The notes beneath the pieces are model-generated. The model was not told where the DNA came from and ran no database searches. It was given only the letters and a program-made list of their open reading frames with translations. From Eledone cirrhosa (taxonomy: Eukaryota), in contig OZ024746.1 of the NCBI GenBank assembly GCA_964016885.1, positions 12,958,001 through 13,022,000 on the forward strand: a stretch of 64,000 nt of DNA, written 5' to 3'. The position numbers and the translations under genes are program-made. Of the stretch, positions 49,915 to 63,840 are shown piece after piece. Every line of letters begins with the position of its first letter. The stretch's first letter is position 1.

Positions 49915-50120
49915 GAGCAGTGCATTGGCAGAATCAGTAGAGCGTTGAACAAAATGCTTTACATTTAGTTACGACTTTCTACGTTTTGAGTTCAAATCCT
50001 GGCGAGGTCAACTTTGCCTTTCATACTTCTGGGGTTAAATAGATCAGTAAAAGGTACTGGGGTGATAAAATCAACTTGACCCTTCCCCCAAATTGCTGTG
50101 CCAATATTAGAATTATTACT
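49915..50120 (+). mobile_element. tRNA-derived SINE in ALIX 3'UTR
   Basis: TTGGCAGAATCAG A-box, GAGTTCAAATCC B-box, GAGGTCAACTTTGCCTTTCAT. Confidence 0.75.
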
Positions 50121-50882
50121 GATTATATATTGATTTAACACTCCTCCCCTTGTTGACTGTCAGTAAAATGTTCGATAAAACTTAGGACTCAGTTATTTAC
50201 ATTTTTAATGTGGAGCGACATATCTCCCTCCCCCCCCCCCCCCCCCCCCCCATCCTTTTTGTTGGTGAAGTTTAATCATTTATGATTTAATCAATAAATC
50301 TCACAATTGATTCATTATGAAAACTGCTAATCCATTCTTGACAAAATCTCAAGAGCTCTGATAAAATTTAACATAATTATTTGTTCTTGGAACTAATTTT
50401 AATTTCATATTAAATATACTGCGATATCATGTCTACACTGCCAGGTAACGACATGAAATGTGATAGTTTGATACCTGAGACAGAAGTTTGGAAAAACTTC
50501 CATTTATAAGAATATATAAAAACAAATTATATATTGTATATTTCTATGTATATCTTTGTTCTCTTGTGCTAATTTACAGCCATAAACTGATTGGTATACT
50601 CTGGAGTATCCTGACCTTCAACAGACTTGGTTCACTATTTTGTGTACATTACACAAACACACACACATATACATATACATATTGTTTAAAATCCGATATG
50701 AGAGAAGGCTGTGAAATATTGTATTAGTTGTGAAGATATTTTCAAAGTTGATCTTTTGAAGTGTAGACTAATGAATATATTAAAAGTAATTCTTTTTTTG
50801 GCAATTTTTAGAAACTTGTTAAATAAAAAAAAAAGTGAGTCATTCCAAATAAGAATTGTATCAGTAAAGTGTGCCACCATAA

Positions 50883-50888
50883 AATAAA
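50883..50888 (+). terminator. Candidate polyadenylation signal for ALIX
   Basis: AATAAA followed by T/GT-rich sequence. Other AATAAA candidates at 50293 and ~50822, so the choice is uncertain. Confidence 0.35.
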
Positions 50889-50947
50889 TATTTCCTATTG
50901 TATTTATCTTACAATTTTGTTAACAGAAAGGTTGTTGATTCACACTT

Positions 50948-51142
50948 TTAACCCTTTAGCATTTAAACTGACTCTAACCCCTTTCTGTTCAAACTGGCTG
51001 TAACCAGCCACTCATACCGACATTAAGGTATTTTTCTCCAAATAACTATCAAAATCTTATAGATTCGATATTATGTGAGGTAAAGCCTTTACCACGAAAA
51101 TACAATAGTATATAGAGAGTAATGTAAATGTTAAAGGGTTAA
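50948..51142. mobile_element. piggyBac-type MITE (family A)
   Basis: TTAA-CCCTTTAGCATTT...AAATGTTAAAGGG-TTAA. Confidence 0.9.
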
Positions 51143-52049
51143 ACTAAACTTCCTTTGCTTGTTACTACAGCAAAGAGAACATCGAAAGCAAATACAAAAT
51201 AAAGATGTGCAGTTTAGGGTTTTGGGCTCACAACTGTATGGTTGTGGGTTTGATCCTTGAACTAAGCAGTGTGTGTCTTTGAGCAAGACATTTCATTTAA
51301 TATTGCTCTAGTCCACTCAACTATTTAATAAAAAAAAAAAAACTAAGCACCAGCTGGGAGTTAACCCTGGAATGGACTGGCTTCTATGTCCAGGAATGTT
51401 GCTTAAAGCTGATGAAACTGGGATAAGCTCCAAACTAATTAATCTCCGGGTTTGGGACAGGTTTTAATTTAACTTTTTAAATACGTTTTTGCCTTTGGAT
51501 TAATTTTCTTTTTATTTGATAGATAAACTCTGACTGAAGAGTGCCAACATCTTAAATGTCAAGTTACATTACAATATAAAATTTAATTTGAATTCAAGTT
51601 GGATAGAGTATATCAGTTTAATTTTCTACATACACAACAAAACCTTCAAAGCCAATATTTAATTAGGTGTAATTTGGTTCTCAACTTATGATATTTTTTG
51701 TTTAACTTTCAAGAAGAAAAATTACTTTTTGTTATTGTCTTCAATATAATGTTCCATAAAATAGGACCGAGCCTCTGTACTTCTTACATATATATAATAT
51801 AAACTTAAACAAGTAAGAAAAGTATTTGATTTCATATCTTGAATAATAAAATTTATATAACTATTTATATTTTGTCTCTTTTAATATCTTCTTTTATTAT
51901 CAGCTATTGTATATCACTCACACTTGTTTTAATTCAATCTACACAAAATTCAACTGGATTCTGTCCATATTTTAGCTAAAACACTCTTATATGTTCATAT
52001 ATAATTATTTGTCAGCTTAACAAGTTTATTGCTCAAGCTCTGACAGATT

Positions 52050-53260
52050 ATTTCAACTTGTAATCTAAATTACAATAGCTTTGTCTGTCTCATCTTCCAC
52101 TCTATCTCCTTCATTATCTCAGTATACAAACCATATCTATTATACATCTGAGGTGACATTCTATATTCCAGGTGACATATTCCAACTTTACTCGGAAAGG
52201 TGGTATCTACAGGTATGTAGAATCCCCTTTTCCCAACACATCACAACAAAGGTTTCTATTTCATCTAATACAAATTTTTCCTCTAAATGTATCTCTTGCC
52301 TTTACTTCACTCCAAACTCCTTTTAACCTACTTCAACTATTATTTAACTGTCTTGTCCTTTATTGAGTACCTCTATTTGAACTCTTCAGAAGTTTTCAAC
52401 CTTATTAATGCCAGTACATTTAACTTGTCTGTTTGGTATATATTTTCCCCAACATTGATTCCACTATTGCAGAGAATGAATTGTTTGCTAGCCTAAATAA
52501 ACTATTTGCATCGGTCACTTCACTTGTATGCCAGACCAAAACATAAATCTGGCAAATACACTTCATATCTTTCTTACCTGTAAATTCATCTTTTGCCTTG
52601 CAATCACTCTCACCCATCATCAGGACATCTCTTGAACCAGCTGTTTATTTCTTATTATCTGCTACTTCACAACAAAATGACTATCAGAAAAGCAAAGGAT
52701 ATTTTTGTGAATCAAACAAACTACATGCTTTCTTGCTTCCCAAATCATAACTGGGATTTTTGGCCCTTTGCCATAAAAATGTCTTAAATTTACAGAATCA
52801 TGACCTGTAAGTAGCACTCTTTTGCATTCCTATCTGATCGTGTCCAACTCTACACTGGCAAACATACAACAAAACTCCACAGTTGCAAAGTGCAAAAACC
52901 AGAGATATGCTTCCTATGTCACACACCAGGGGTATCGTATTGAGAAATTTGGCAAAATTTGTTGCCTATGTATCAGCAAACTCTTCAGTTTGTAACAAAG
53001 TTGCCTGCTTCTGAATTTCATATATCGCTCCTATCTAGAATTAAAATATTCATGTTAGACCAGTCTTTCATACTCTGTTAGACGCTCTCTCTCTCTCTTT
53101 CTCTTGTCACTAGAGTTTGGTTATGTTTTATACAGATTATACTGGTATCCCTTCCTAATTGTTATCCTCACGGAATTCACACCTTATACACCATCCACTG
53201 CTTCCATGAACAGAGACCTCGAACAACAGTCTCCAATAAGGGACACACCACCAATAGTAG
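52050..53260 (+). mobile_element. Highly degenerate LINE ORF2 remnants (Jockey/CR1 group)
   Basis: Fragments such as KGGIYRYV, IRKAKDIFV...WDFWPFA and ASMNRDLE resemble endonuclease, tether and RT segments; many stops. Confidence 0.4.
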
Positions 53261-53384
53261 ACTGGGTTATCCCATTATTCATTAATATGTTGCTTATCCG
53301 AGAAAATAAGAGGAAATACTTAAAACTATGTTAAATAAAATCCACAAAATATGCAATTTATTTTCAGTATAGTCCCACAAGCAT

Positions 53385-53745
53385 GTTATGTCTACCAAAG
53401 TAGAGACCTGTGTAGTTCACTTCTTTCGGCAGCCACACCATCAATGATATCCTTAGTGTCAAGTTTGATCAGAATCCTTTCTCCACATACACAAAAATGA
53501 ATGATCAAAGCTCTCCTTGTGTCATGGTACTTTGCAGATGGCTTTTGATTGTCTTTAAGGCATGGAAAGACTTAATATACCACTTGTGACACAAGTAGTG
53601 TTGGCAGAATTTGTAGGCTAACCCAATACCCTTGTGGGCATCAGCGAAGAGGTTCAACAAAAAAAAAATACGGCGACCATAGCTTACTTCAGAACATGGT
53701 TTAGAAGATACACCACATGATTCATTCACCATTTCTAGCTTTGGA
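53385..53745 (-). pseudogene. hAT transposase C-terminal dimerization-domain relic
   Basis: With frameshifts: LLNLFADAHKGIGLAYKF/LPTLLVSQV...SFHALKTIKSHLQSTMTQGEL*...ILIKLDTKDIIDGVAAERSEL. Fits the hAT motif ERSFSxLKxIKxxLRSTMxQ. Confidence 0.7.
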
Positions 53746-56441
53746 TAAAAAAAAAAAAGACTCTTCTTTCAGATTAAAAAGTGGCAGCATAGGAACAAGA
53801 ATTAGTTGCTTCAACTCTTCTTTTGAGGAAGGGATTTTATTCCAAAATATTAAGCACTATTAAACATCTTTATCATTATTTTAACATTTGTATAGCTGTA
53901 GCCTTCTAATAAAACAACTTTTTTTTTTCTTTTAAATCCAGTGATCCCAACCTAACGGGTATTGGGCCAGTTTTCCCTTGATGTTGTGCTAGTCTTTGCT
54001 ATCATTGTGTCATAAACTATGCATCGAGGAAAGATTCTTGCACTACATAAAAGTCGGTACAAATTTTAGGGCTCTTATCCTTCATGATGTCACCTAAAGA
54101 TTGTCAAAACTCATCTGAAAAACTAAATTTCCTTTTATGTTCAGTTGCTGACTTTTACAATGTACAGGTAGCAGCTATTTTGATGTAGTGATTAACAAAT
54201 ACAGTTCAATCACCACTGACCTACTGTTTCTTTTGTCTAGCTCTTTATAATGATTTCTACTCCTCTGAAATAGGAAACCATGTACAACCTCTACACATGA
54301 CATTAAAAACATGAGAAACCAATGTGGGCATATACTATTTTAAATATTAATAATTACTACACTTGCTATTAAACATATTGAATAATTTAGTACAAGACTG
54401 CTACAGCTATTACAAGCAAGGTGAGAAAACAAGGAAACCTCTAGTCACTCAATCTGCTGAAAATAGCAACCAAATCTCCTTAAAATTGCACCCTTCTGTT
54501 TTAAAAGGGAAAGATATATTGGATAATGTTCTACATTTTATACCTTTAAAAAAAAAAAAAAAAAACACTACACCTTTGATCATAGGCTTTCTCAATCAGT
54601 GTTGACCTTTAGCTAAAAAAAAAAAAAAAAGCAAGGTATTTAATTTTATTTGTTTATTCCGTTCCAAATGATGATAAATCCCAGTTAATTTTACATCTGC
54701 ACATTTATTTCGGTTTGTTTTCCACTTAATCTATAAAGTAGTTTTGTGTGTAATCTTAGGTTATCCTTAACTGTCATCTGCCCAGGAGGGTCTGAAAGGG
54801 CCAAGGATATTACTTACTCCAACATAGATTTTTGTTTTTGTTAATGTACCATATTCTATACATGGGCAGCAAATTGGTAGATTCATTAGAATGTAGGGCA
54901 GAATGTTTTGTGCTATTCTAGCTGTCTGCTCTCTGTTTAAATCTTGCCATGGTCAATTTTTTTTTCATTTTTTTTTCCTTCAAGGTCTTGAAGAAAAAAA
55001 AAAAAGGGGGGGGGGGTACCAGTTCACTACTAGGGTCAATTATTTCTCAATATATCTCTTACTTCCTCTCACTCTCCTGGAATAAATCAACTGTGTTCAG
55101 ACCTGGAGAAGAATAGGCTCCACCAGATTGAAATACCCAAGACATAACTGTATGTCAGTATTGTGCCCCTACAACTCCATCAGGACTTACATGTCTATGT
55201 ATACGTTCTACACATGCTGTGCTTGTAACTCCAATAACTGTTATGGACAACTAGTTTTAATACCAAGTGTTTGGAAATAGAAGACACATCTGAACGTAAA
55301 AGTAATGAGTCCCAAACAGTTGGTCTTTGTTCCAGTCTTAAGGTATTCCAGTGTAAGTTTATTGGTGTCATTTGAAGGTTTTCTATGACTGAAATTTTGC
55401 TTTTAGTTTAGGAGATTCCAAAATGTTTAATAATTTCCTCTCAAGATGATTTATCAGAGAATCATTTGAAGCAACTTATTTCACATGAACAACTTATTGT
55501 GTGATGGTAACACCTAATGGGTGTGATATTAGTGATAGTTTGGTCATGGGTAGGTTGTATACAGTTCTTCTTGTTGAGAGGGTCAGGAGGACTCTTCTTC
55601 TGTGTCAAAAATATGACAACCTCCCTAGTGCTGGTGTAACAATAAAATGTAATCAGTAAATCATGGGACCGTATGTTAGCAAGATGCAAGCCACTGCACT
55701 GGTAGAATGTGAGAGCAAGCAAGATGCAAGCCCACAGTCGATCTGAGAGGTTAGTAACTCCACTTGAGTACTGGCATGGTCTCTGATTACCTGTCTAACC
55801 TTTGCTAACAGGAAAATGGACGTTAAGTGATGATGATGAATTAAGAGCTTAGGGAGTGCATTCTTGATGTGATTTACAGTTTGTGAACACACATTAAATA
55901 TTCAGTTGACAATATAGACAAAATAGTAAAACATACAGAGCAAACCATCAACTTTTAAGAGGATATGACTGTTTTGAAGTAATCACATTAGAATATCTAT
56001 GTTGTGCTTTATTCTTAAATTTTGTAAAGCTGGGACTATAGGTACAATTGTTTGAAAACATTTGCAACAATATATAAGAAATAAGGAAATCTTTTACAAA
56101 AATACCGACTATGAATATCACAACTGGATTTCTTCAATTGATTTTTTTCAGTTTTTTGAATTAAGAGTTTAAAAAATATTGTTTTACAATTTATTAAAAC
56201 TATTTAGAAGCTATGGGTTATCTCTCTTACACTGATCTCAGAAATTAAACTTATTTTTTTTATTTCTTGTAATTTAGTATCAACATTTATATTCATTAGT
56301 TTTAATGCTTTAAACACACACACAGAATTATTTTTATATTAGTTCCAACTTCAATATTTAAATGGAGATGTCATGTGCAAACCATCAAAGAGATGTGATG
56401 ATCCACTGACTTACAATTTCTCTTGAACTATGTACTATTGT

Positions 56442-56632
56442 AGCTTATGTCCACTCTGTCTGCTATCTTAGCTATGTCCACTCTGTCCACTATCTTAGCT
56501 CTGTCCACTATCTTAGCTATGTCCACTCTGTCCACTATCTTAGCTCTGTCCACTATCTTAGCTATGTCCACTCTGTCCACTATCTTAGCTCTGTCCACTA
56601 TCTTAGCTATGTCCACTATGTCAACTTATGCC
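56442..56632. repeat. Composite 9-bp-based repeat (27+18 = 45-bp period)
   Basis: TATCTTAGC-TATGTCCAC-TCTGTCCAC alternating with TATCTTAGC-TCTGTCCAC. Confidence 0.9.
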
Positions 56633-56891
56633 CACTACCTTAGTCTATATCGTCTAATACCTCTTCACATCTATCCTTCTGTCATTCCTACTGTGTCACA
56701 TCATCTAAACCCAGCTCACTACACCGGTCAGTTATCTTTCCTTTAGTTACTACATTCATCTTTCCATATACCCCGCTCCATTAACTACACGCGTTTAAAT
56801 TGAATACAACTGGATTGTTCTCATCAGTCTGGGAGGTCCTGCAAAAGTTAATGGAAACTGTTCAGACTCCTTAGACTAAATAATATATGCT

Positions 56892-57123
56892 TTAACCCTT
56901 TCATTACCATATTTATAATGAAACTACTGCCTATAATTTTGAAAATAATCGAGAATTTGGAGGGATTTAGTAATATAACTAACTTCCTTATTTATTAAGT
57001 TTGGAACTTAATAAAAGTTTTTACATAAAATTATGATGGAAGGTTTTTAAATATATATATAAACACCTTAAAACAAACAGTTTTGTATCATAGAAATAGA
57101 GGCAGTTTCAAGCAACAGTTTAA
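56892..57123. mobile_element. TTAACCCTTTC-type MITE (family C)
   Basis: TTAACCCTTTCATTACCATATTT...; related 5' ends at 29762 and 58160. Confidence 0.6.
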
Positions 57124-58112
57124 TCTTTTGATCCTGTCTGCCTTGAAACACTATAAAAGGCATTTTGTGTACTCTGTGAAGTGGTTGACTTATGAATGTA
57201 ACAACATAGGGTTGAAAGGACTTTTTTTAGTCACATCAAAAACAGGACAAATTTTCTAGTGCGGTAGTGCAAACACTCTGTAAAGTGGTTGGCATTAGGA
57301 AGGGAATCCAGCTATAGAAACAAGGCCAAAAAAAGTAAAGAGGACCCCTCAGACACGTCAAGGACATGGCAAACTCTTAAGTGCTGGTTCTATGATGAAT
57401 CGCCCCAAGTGCACTCTGTAAAGTGGTTGACATTAAGAAGAGCATCCAACCGTAGAAACCAAACCAAAAATGGAACATATTGAGCTAGACATGGTCCCCC
57501 AAAATATCTAAGAATACTGTATCTCCAATGAAGTACTGACATGATCCGTAAGAGCACGTCAAGCCCATGCCAACATAGAGAAACAAACGTATGATGGTGA
57601 TGAAACTAATTCAATCAACTAAGGCCCTCCATGAAAATATTGGCCTTGTATCTATAAAAAATAATTATAATCATTATTTTTGTACTTAATGTCATCATCA
57701 CCATCATCAGCAGTAGAAGCAGTAGTAGTAGTAGAAGTAGCAGCAGCAACAATAGCAGTAGCTCCAGACTGAATGACTCAATATCTATTTAATCTATATA
57801 TTTAAATCATAAAGGCAGTGATTTAGCAGAGTTGTTAGAATGTCAGACAGAATGTTTTACAGTATTCATTCTGGCTCTTTGCATTCTGAGTTCAAATCAT
57901 GCTGAGGTCAACTTTGCTTTTCATCCTTTCGAGATAAATAAAGCAAATACCTGTACAGTACTGAGGTTGATTCTCTCTCTCTCCTTATTTGGGAGAAACT
58001 GGCTGTGTTCAGACTTAGAGAGAGATGGACTTCAGGTTTAAAATGCCCAAGACTCCATCAGGAGTTATGGTTCCTTATATACATTCAACTAAATCATCTG
58101 TTTTAATCACAT

Positions 58113-58975
58113 AACCCTTTCCTTATCATATTTCTAATAAAAGACACTGGTCTATGTCTTTAACCCTTTCTCATGCTCAGAGTTGCTGAAGCATGGAACA
58201 AACTACCTGCATCAGTTGTTAGCTGTCGAGACACTGCATCCTTTAAAACCTCCATGCTTCCCGAGATTCGCCAACACTACACCTAATGTTCCCCCTCCAT
58301 ACACACATGTATATGATGACTCATACACTATTCACTTCCCTGACATTTGTATATTATTCTATGTACTATACATACACCTTTGATGAGTTGTAGTGCACCT
58401 GAGCACATTACACAATAATTTCATTATTATTATTATTACCATATTTCTAATGAAAGACACTACCTATGTCTTTAACCCTTTCATTACCATATTTCTAATG
58501 AAAGACACTGTCTATGTCATTAACCCTTTCATTACCATATTTCTAATGAAAGACACAGCCTATGTCTTCAATCCTTTCATTACCATATTTCTAATGAAAG
58601 ATACTATCTGTTTTTAACCCTTTCATTGCCATATTTCTAATGAAAGACACTATGTCTTTAACTCTTTCATTACCATATTTCTAATGAAAGACACTATGTC
58701 ATTAACCCTTTCATTACCATATTTTTAATGAAAGACAATGTCTATGTCATTAACCCTTTCATTAATATATTTCTAATGAAAGACACTGTCTATGTCTTTA
58801 ACCCTTTCATTAATATATTTCTAATGAAAGACACTATCTATGTCTTTAACCCTTTCATTACCATATTTTTAATGAAAGACACTACCTATGTCTTTAACCC
58901 TTTCATTAATATATTTCTAATGAAAGACACTGTCTGTGTCTTTAAGCCTTTCCCTGTCATATTTCTAATGAAAGG
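58113..58975. repeat. 48-bp minisatellite of MITE left ends, interrupted by a CR1 fragment
   Basis: Unit TTAACCCTTTCATTACCATATTTCTAATGAAAGACACTGTCTATGTCT, ~12 copies. Confidence 0.92.
58171..58437 (+). mobile_element. CR1-group LINE 3' end
   Basis: ATGCTCAGAGTTGCTGAAGCATGGAACAAAC...(ATT)n; same family as the 35544 and 63476 copies. Confidence 0.88.
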
Positions 58976-60354
58976 AACATCAGTTAATAGTACTTACATA
59001 AAATTATGGTGGACAATTTTAATATAAGTATAAACAGTATAAAATGGGCAGGTTGGTATCAAAAGGATTAAAACATTATTAATATATTCTTTTCCTATTC
59101 CTCAATGGTGAAATAAGAGTGTTGGATTGTATCTTAAACTATCTTCTTTTGATCTGGTCAATAAAATAAAAAGCAGCACTTGCAAGCTATCAGTCTTACA
59201 ATGAAGGTGTGCTCCTGTGAAGTATAACCATTCAAATATTTCATGTTACCCTTTGCTTACCTATGCCTTATACCATCCTTCCCTTTAATAATTCATTCTT
59301 TCATTCTTCTTTATCATTCTACTCTAGCACACAATTCTGTTTTGGTTTCATTTTGAGTCATCCCTTTCAAAATTACTTGTCAGACCCACCTGCTGACACC
59401 CCATCCCAGCCCCATTACTACTCTACCAGCACCCTCTTTCTCCTTCCCTTTGTCACAGACCCTCATGTAAGTATTTATCTCTTTCCCCTACATGTATCTT
59501 TGTTCAAATTGCATCCCTACTTTCTTTTTATTTTTGTTTTTCTCTCTTATTATCCTTATATTTTTATCCCTACAACCTGCCCCTTTCAGATACATTTAGC
59601 AGAGGCTCCTCTGCCATAACTTAGTTAGGCAGGATCTTAGTTTGATGGTAACAGTCTCTTGATGTTTTCTTGTCAGAGTTATAAGTGAAAAATGGTCATA
59701 TAGACCATCACCTTGAATCCCTGGGTAACACATCAGAAGAATACCATATCATCTGGTACATAATCCCATTAACTTTTTTGGCCTTTCACCCCAGGGGAAT
59801 ATGATTTCCAGAGGTTCACATACAGCCACTGATTTTTGGCAGGGCTACTTATGAGAATTGAAGCAGGAGTTTGCAGCATTTCAGCAGTTGTGGGGTCCCT
59901 CTAGCAAAACAACTCAATACTATAACATTAAATGAGAAACATGATAAATTCGCCACTTCTTCACTAAATCCTATGCATTTAATTCCAACATGGGTCCCAC
60001 CAAATACTAACACACAAACAACCTCACATCCTAGACATTAGATCCAAATTTCCATGATCATACCCCACCAACTTAAAAATAACAAAATGGATAATATGGG
60101 CCTGTGTATCTGAGAAAATAAAATCTTTTAAGTGCTTAGGGCTTGAAAAGGACTTAATCCGGCCCCCGATAATTACTAATTTTTACTGGGATTCATAGTT
60201 TAATATAAAAATAAAAAGTGGTTTCATTATGATCACAGAGCCATGTTAATGGCTGAATAAAAACTGTTTCTCTGTGAAGTTGGAGATCTGTAGCTGGGAT
60301 GTTGTAGAGCAGACTTCTCTAACACACCCTAGCTTGGGAAAATAGAACATTAAT

Positions 60355-61080
60355 ACATTATCACCATCACCATCATTGTCACCATCACTATCATCGTTGT
60401 CGTCAACGTCACCACCACCACCACCACCACCTCCATTATCACTACCACCACCACCTCCTCCATCATCAGCACCACAGCACCACCACCACCACCTTCATCA
60501 TCGTCACCACCACCACCACCACCACCACCATCATTGTCACCACCACCACCACCACTACCTCCATTATCACTACCACCACCACCTCCTCCATCATCAGCAC
60601 CACAGCACCACCACCACCACCTCCATCATCGTCACCACCACCACCACCACCTCCATCATCGTCACCACCACCACCACCACCTCCATGATCGTCACCACCA
60701 CCACCACCACCACCACCATCGTCACCACCACCACCACCACCACCTCCATTATCACCACCACCACCACCACCTCCATCATCGTTACCACCACCACCACCTC
60801 CATCATCGTCACCACCACCACCACCTCCATCATCGTCACCACCACCACCACCACCACCACCATCGTCACCACCACCACCACCACCACCTCCATTATCACC
60901 ACCACCACCACCACCACCACCATCGTCACCACCACCACCACCACCACCTCCATTATCACCACCACCACCACCACCTCCATCATCGTTACCACCACCACCA
61001 CCTCCATCATCGTCACCACCACCACCACCACCACCACCTCCATCATCACTACCACCACCACCACCTCCATCATCATCGTC
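60355..61080. repeat. (CAC/CAT)n compound trinucleotide repeat
   Basis: Direct reading; source of the poly-T/H/P/G ORFs. Confidence 0.95.
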
Positions 61081-61922
61081 ATATGCATGTGCGTATGTAT
61101 AGATGTGTGTATGTATGCATGTGCGTATGTATGTGTGTATGTATATGCATGTGTGTATGTGTATATACATGTGTATATAAATGTGTATATATATGTGTAT
61201 ATATATATGTGTATATATATGTGTATATACATGTGTATATATATGTGTATATACATGTGTATATACATGTGTATATACATGTGTATATATATGTGTATAT
61301 ATATATATGTGTATATACATGTGTATATATATGTGTATATATATGTGTATATATATGTGTATATATATGTGTATATACATGTGTATATACATGTGTATAT
61401 ACATGTGTATATATATGTGTATATATATATATGTGTATATACATGTGTATATATATGTGTATATATATGTGTATATATATATGTGTATATATATGTGTAT
61501 ATATATATGTGTATATATATGTGTATATATATATGTGTATATATATGTGTATATACATGTGTATATACATGTGTATATATATGTGTATATATATATGTGT
61601 ATGTATATATATGTATGTGTAATGAAAAGTCATCTACTTATTTGTTTATTGATTATCAGTGTTGCTGTTTTGCCATTCAATGTTATATGTTAAAACAGGT
61701 TTATCTAGAACTTATTTATGACATCTATTTGTGTGTGTGTGTGTGACTGTGTGACTGTGTGTATGTGTGACTGTGTGACTGTGTGTGTGTGTGACTGTGT
61801 ATGTGTGTGTGTATGTGTGTATGACTGTGTGTATGTGTGACTGTGTGACTGTGTGTATGTGTGACTGTGTGACTGTGTATGTGTGTGTGTATGTGTGTAT
61901 GACTGTGTGTATATGTGTGTGT
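61081..61922. repeat. (TA/TG)n and GTGACT compound microsatellites
   Basis: Direct reading; short unique spacer at 61621-61729. Confidence 0.93.
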
Positions 61923-62034
61923 CATTCTCTATGAAGACTTTTTTAAATGTTAATGAAGTGATAAACAGAATATATGTTGATATTCCGTCTCCTCGGATTA
62001 TTGCCAAATGATTCTCTCCAGTCACAACAAGTGT

Positions 62035-62089
62035 TTCTTCTTCTTCTTCTTCTTCTTCTTCTTCTTCTTCTTCTTCTTCTTCTTCTTCT
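62035..62089. repeat. (TTC)n microsatellite
   Basis: Direct reading. Confidence 0.95.
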
Positions 62090-62539
62090 GTGATGATGAC
62101 CTTATTAAGTCATGTGGTGAAGGATGAAAGGCACTGGTGATGGAGAGGACTATGAAGGGAAGAAGACTAAGAAATAGATACCTGGAGATGTGGAGGAGGA
62201 AGTCAGGTGAGAGAGGATACACCTGGCACAGCCAAGTGAAGTATCTTGTTATGGGGCCTAGCAGGGAAAATGACCTTAAAATACTTGCTGTTGTTGTTGT
62301 ATGAGGGGCCATATGAATCTAAACTGCTCCAAACTCCGAAAATTCTAAATCCAGTTGTAGGCAACAAGGTTGACACTTGTCAGTGGTCGGCTGAAGAATT
62401 GCAAACATGTGCAACCCCAAACATGTGCAACCCCAAACATGTGCAACCCCAAACATGTCCATCTATGACAAACTCTATCTCATGCAATATATCATAGAGG
62501 GTAGGTCTGATTAGTAAAACTTTAAGTTTTATTTGTACC

Positions 62540-62768
62540 TTAACCCTTTACCATTTACATTACTTTATATATACTATTATATTTTCATGGTAAAGGCTTT
62601 ACCTCACATAATTATCTCACATTATATCGAATCTATGAGATTTTTATATTATTGATTTTGAGAAGAATACTGTAACATCAGTATGAGTGGTCAGTTATGG
62701 CAGGTTTGAACAAAAAGAGGTGAGAGAATTCTAGCCGGATATGACAGATTAAAATGCTAATGGGTTAA
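62540..62768. mobile_element. piggyBac-type MITE (family A)
   Basis: TTAA-CCCTTTACCATTT...AAATGCTAATGGG-TTAA. Confidence 0.88.
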
Positions 62769-63223
62769 GACAGTTATAACTTTAATACAGTATGATGTAG
62801 TTAATATCTCATGTTATATTTGTAGTATATCTCAGACCCAAACATAAATCCACTGAAAGCTTGTTTTTACCAATAACTATCTAATAACAGACAGACTGGC
62901 ATCAAGAGACATATATCATCAGTTAGTTAATCTATTTGGTCAACAGACATACCTACACCATTACTTTCTAGACCATTTAACATATGTGACAGCTCATTCA
63001 TTCACCCAGGTGTATTGTTGTCTACAGATCTACCTATATCATCACCTGTTAAACCAATCAGCAATTTACACCTATTTTATATTACCTTGTAGAATGCTGT
63101 GTTTGTCTTCATCTTGGTGACATTCACTCCTTTAACATTATTTGGTTACAGTTTATCTGTAACAATTGCCTAGTCTGTATATTACTTTTTTGATGTTGAA
63201 ATTAACACACACACACACACACA

Positions 63224-63261
<38 letters not shown>

Positions 63262-63475
63262 TATATATATCTCATACAGAACCGATTTTGGCTTGATTTC
63301 CACAGCTGGATGCTCTTCCTAGTGCAAACCTCGTTTACAGTGAGAGAGAGAGAGAGATGTGTAAAATTCTAACCACGGCGCCAAGCAGGTTTGGCTTGTG
63401 TGTTCATACATATACATACATACATATGTACATACATACGTACATACATACATACGTACATACATATATATACGT

Positions 63476-63840
63476 ACAAAGTTATTAACCATCTCGCCAA
63501 CAACAAGCCTGAGCACCTTTTTGATCTCCATGTGTCTAACACACGTGGACATGCCTACAAAATCAGAAAACAGCACAGCTCCCATGACTTTCGTAAACAT
63601 TTTTTCACGCTCAGAGTTGCTGAAGCATGGAACAAACTGCCTGCGTCAGTTGTTAGCTGCCTAGACACTGCATCCTTTAAAACCCTCATGCTTCCCAAAA
63701 TTCCATACACATGCACACATGTGTATATCATGACTCATGCACTGTTCATTTTCCTGACGTTTGTACATTACCCTATACACTTTTTGATGAGTTGTAGTGC
63801 ACCTGAGCACTGTACACAATATTTCATTATTATTATTATT
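63476..63840 (+). mobile_element. CR1-group LINE 3' end
   Basis: YKVINHL...SNTRGHAYKIRKQ...RKHFFTLRVAEAWNKLPASVV, followed by the 3'UTR and (ATT)n tail. Confidence 0.9.

Noticed and set aside
60376-61746. Poly-Pro/His/Thr/Gly ORFs
   Set aside because: Microsatellite translations.
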